From positions 39,234,388 to 39,298,387 of the forward strand of contig NC_092670.1 in NCBI RefSeq assembly GCF_964355755.1: DNA of 64,000 nt, given 5' to 3'. This document shows positions 62,304 to 64,000 of this stretch, piece by piece. The stretch is from Antedon mediterranea (lineage: Eukaryota > Animalia > Echinodermata). The notes below the pieces were generated by a model. The model was given only the letters and a program-made list of their open reading frames with translations, did no database searches and was not told the origin of the DNA. Both the position numbers and the translations under genes were made by a program. Each line of letters begins with the position of its first letter. Position 1 is the first letter of the stretch.

Positions 62304-64000
62304 CTATGAAGATGTATTTAAAAACTTTAACTTTTGCTTTTCAAATATTTTAACAGCTTTTAAATATATTTGATAATCTGCAGATAAGGCTTCATTAACA
62401 AGTTTGTCAGCTTTCAGTCTTTCAATCATTACACTGTTAACTCTCGTTCTTGATGCATCTTTGAAGGTAGTGTTGACAACTATATTTGTGTAAGCTCCAC
62501 TGAAGTTATCATGCATTCCACGACATTCATTTTGAAATGGTACATCAAACACCGCCCCCATTAGTTGTAAGGACAAATCATACTCGCTAGTCAAACCAAC
62601 AAAAGCGAACCACTTTTCAAAATGTTCCAGTACAAACTGCGTAAGAGCGTTATATTCATCTTTTGATAGCAAATGTAATAAAATAACTTTTTCTCTAAAC
62701 CAGAAAGGTGTTTGCAGATACATGTCATTTTTAACAACATTTCTTTTATAGTACTCTTTAAAGCCATTACAGAATTTAGGATTAAAAAGCAGTTGTCGAA
62801 AAAAGAAACTACCTTGATGTACTGCCCATTCATTTATGGATACTTTCCATGGATCCAGGGCTCTGCATAGCTGATCCGTTCTTGCACGGCGGCAGTAAGA
62901 ATAGCTTGAAACCGTTCGTTCATAAGGGTCTCTTAAAAACGTAAAATAAGAACAAGGTCTAGATAAATCATCGCATACGCCAAACGAATAATCTCCCATC
63001 AACGCGTCAAACACGTAGTGCTTCTTTAAGGATACGCGTACGCAATCCGTTAGCACATGCCAGACGCGTTTATGAAATTTAGGCAAGGTTTTCAACATAC
63101 AATTTTTTGTTGTAGTTCCCGCCGCTTTGTTATAATGCACGTATACTGAAACAGCATCACGATAAGAGTTGGTTGATACATTTGCTGACATTGTGAAAAA
63201 GTTTGGTAAAAAGTTACGTAACCTGATCCATGGCAATTTATCTAGTGCCGAGGTCAAAGGATCTTTGTTAAGGTCTGTAACTTGTGGTCGTGGTGTATCA
63301 GTATCCTGTTCAATCATGTCGGTAACATTATTTAAGCCCACCGGGGTTACGATTGGTACTGTGTTGCCAAGTTGTGATAGTGGTTCCGATGTTCCATTCC
63401 TCCTTGATGCATTGAACCTGAAACAATATAGCAAAGATAACTTTAGACTAAATAGACGTCATGTATATTTGTATTAGTCGCGTGCAAACACGACTCTACA
63501 GCTTACTATGTCGGTCGGTTGGTCGGTTGGTTGGTCGGTCGGTTGGTCGCGACTGCAGCCATGTATATGGCACTTGTTTCTTCAAGAAGGAACTTTACCG
63601 AGATGTAAAAAAAAGACTGTTCTTAAATTTGAGCGTTCTGACTTTAATGCTACCGGTATGTTTACGATTTTCTGCAATCTTATGATGATCTTAAAAGTAC
63701 AGTGTATTTTATTTAATTTCAATTCGCAACCAACATCGGAGAACTTGCCATTTACAGACTGGAATACATTACAAGACAAAAGAAGATCGCCAAGATCCAC
63801 AAGAACCAATTACAATATACAATAGATACAAAAGTGTGTAGAAAAAAAATTCAAACCATTGCACTAATTTTCTTTATAGTTATTATAGTTACATACCTTA
63901 TAGTGGTCTCAGAAATTGTGCCTAGTATTTCTTGAATTGGTAGACGGTTAAGTACACTGCAAGTCCACGAAATACAAAAACAAGTAGCTAAACAAATTAA
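62304..64000 (-). CDS. Golgi-type (type II membrane) sulfotransferase, Sulfotransfer_2/HS-O-sulfotransferase-like; exons 64000(partial)-63897 and 63417-62304
   Basis: 5'-PSB loop YVHYNKAAGTT, 3'-PB motif FTFLRDPYERTVSSY, FVGLTSEY and D..IY..A...F. The upstream exon LICLATCFCISWTCSV.. (end of the TM segment) has a phase-2 donor at 63897 that fits the acceptor at 63417. Confidence 0.85.
63510..63548. repeat. (GGTC/GGTT)n tetranucleotide microsatellite
   Basis: GTCGGTCGGTTGGTCGGTTGGTTGGTCGGTCGGTTGGTC in the sulfotransferase intron. Confidence 0.9.

Noticed and set aside
63461-63825. Overlapping short ORFs with VGRSVG/VGWSVG repeats
   Set aside because: They are produced by the (GGTY)n microsatellite in the sulfotransferase intron.

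Overview
AT-rich, intron-rich animal genomic DNA. It is not prokaryotic and is probably an invertebrate deuterostome such as an echinoderm (inferred from a Deu/Nin-domain SINE, the HYR expansion and bursicon genes). Eight protein-coding genes are supported: (1-2) two tandem, diverged bursicon-alpha-like cystine-knot hormone genes (+); (3) FBXW2 (+, 6 coding exons, one GC-AG intron); (4) MPV17 (-, 7 coding exons, absent from the ORF track and rebuilt by hand); (5) a secreted Ly6/uPAR-like domain plus Thr-rich mucin gene (+); (6) CYP20A1 (-); (7) a large adhesion GPCR (-) with about 20 single-exon HYR domains, a PAN/apple domain, a two-cysteine GPS and a 7TM region, whose HYR array contains a recent 1548-bp four-exon higher-order duplication; (8) a Golgi-type sulfotransferase (-) that runs off the right edge. 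Non-coding DNA holds many MITEs (Harbinger, Kolobok-like, piggyBac-like, hAT-like, EnSpm-like, Helentron-like), tRNA- and 5S-derived SINE-like sequences, LINE fragments, two degenerate tRNA-Val(AAC) copies and two 35-37 bp palindromes with 7-bp TSDs that resemble P-element excision footprints. All exon coordinates were read by eye and may be off by a few bases.
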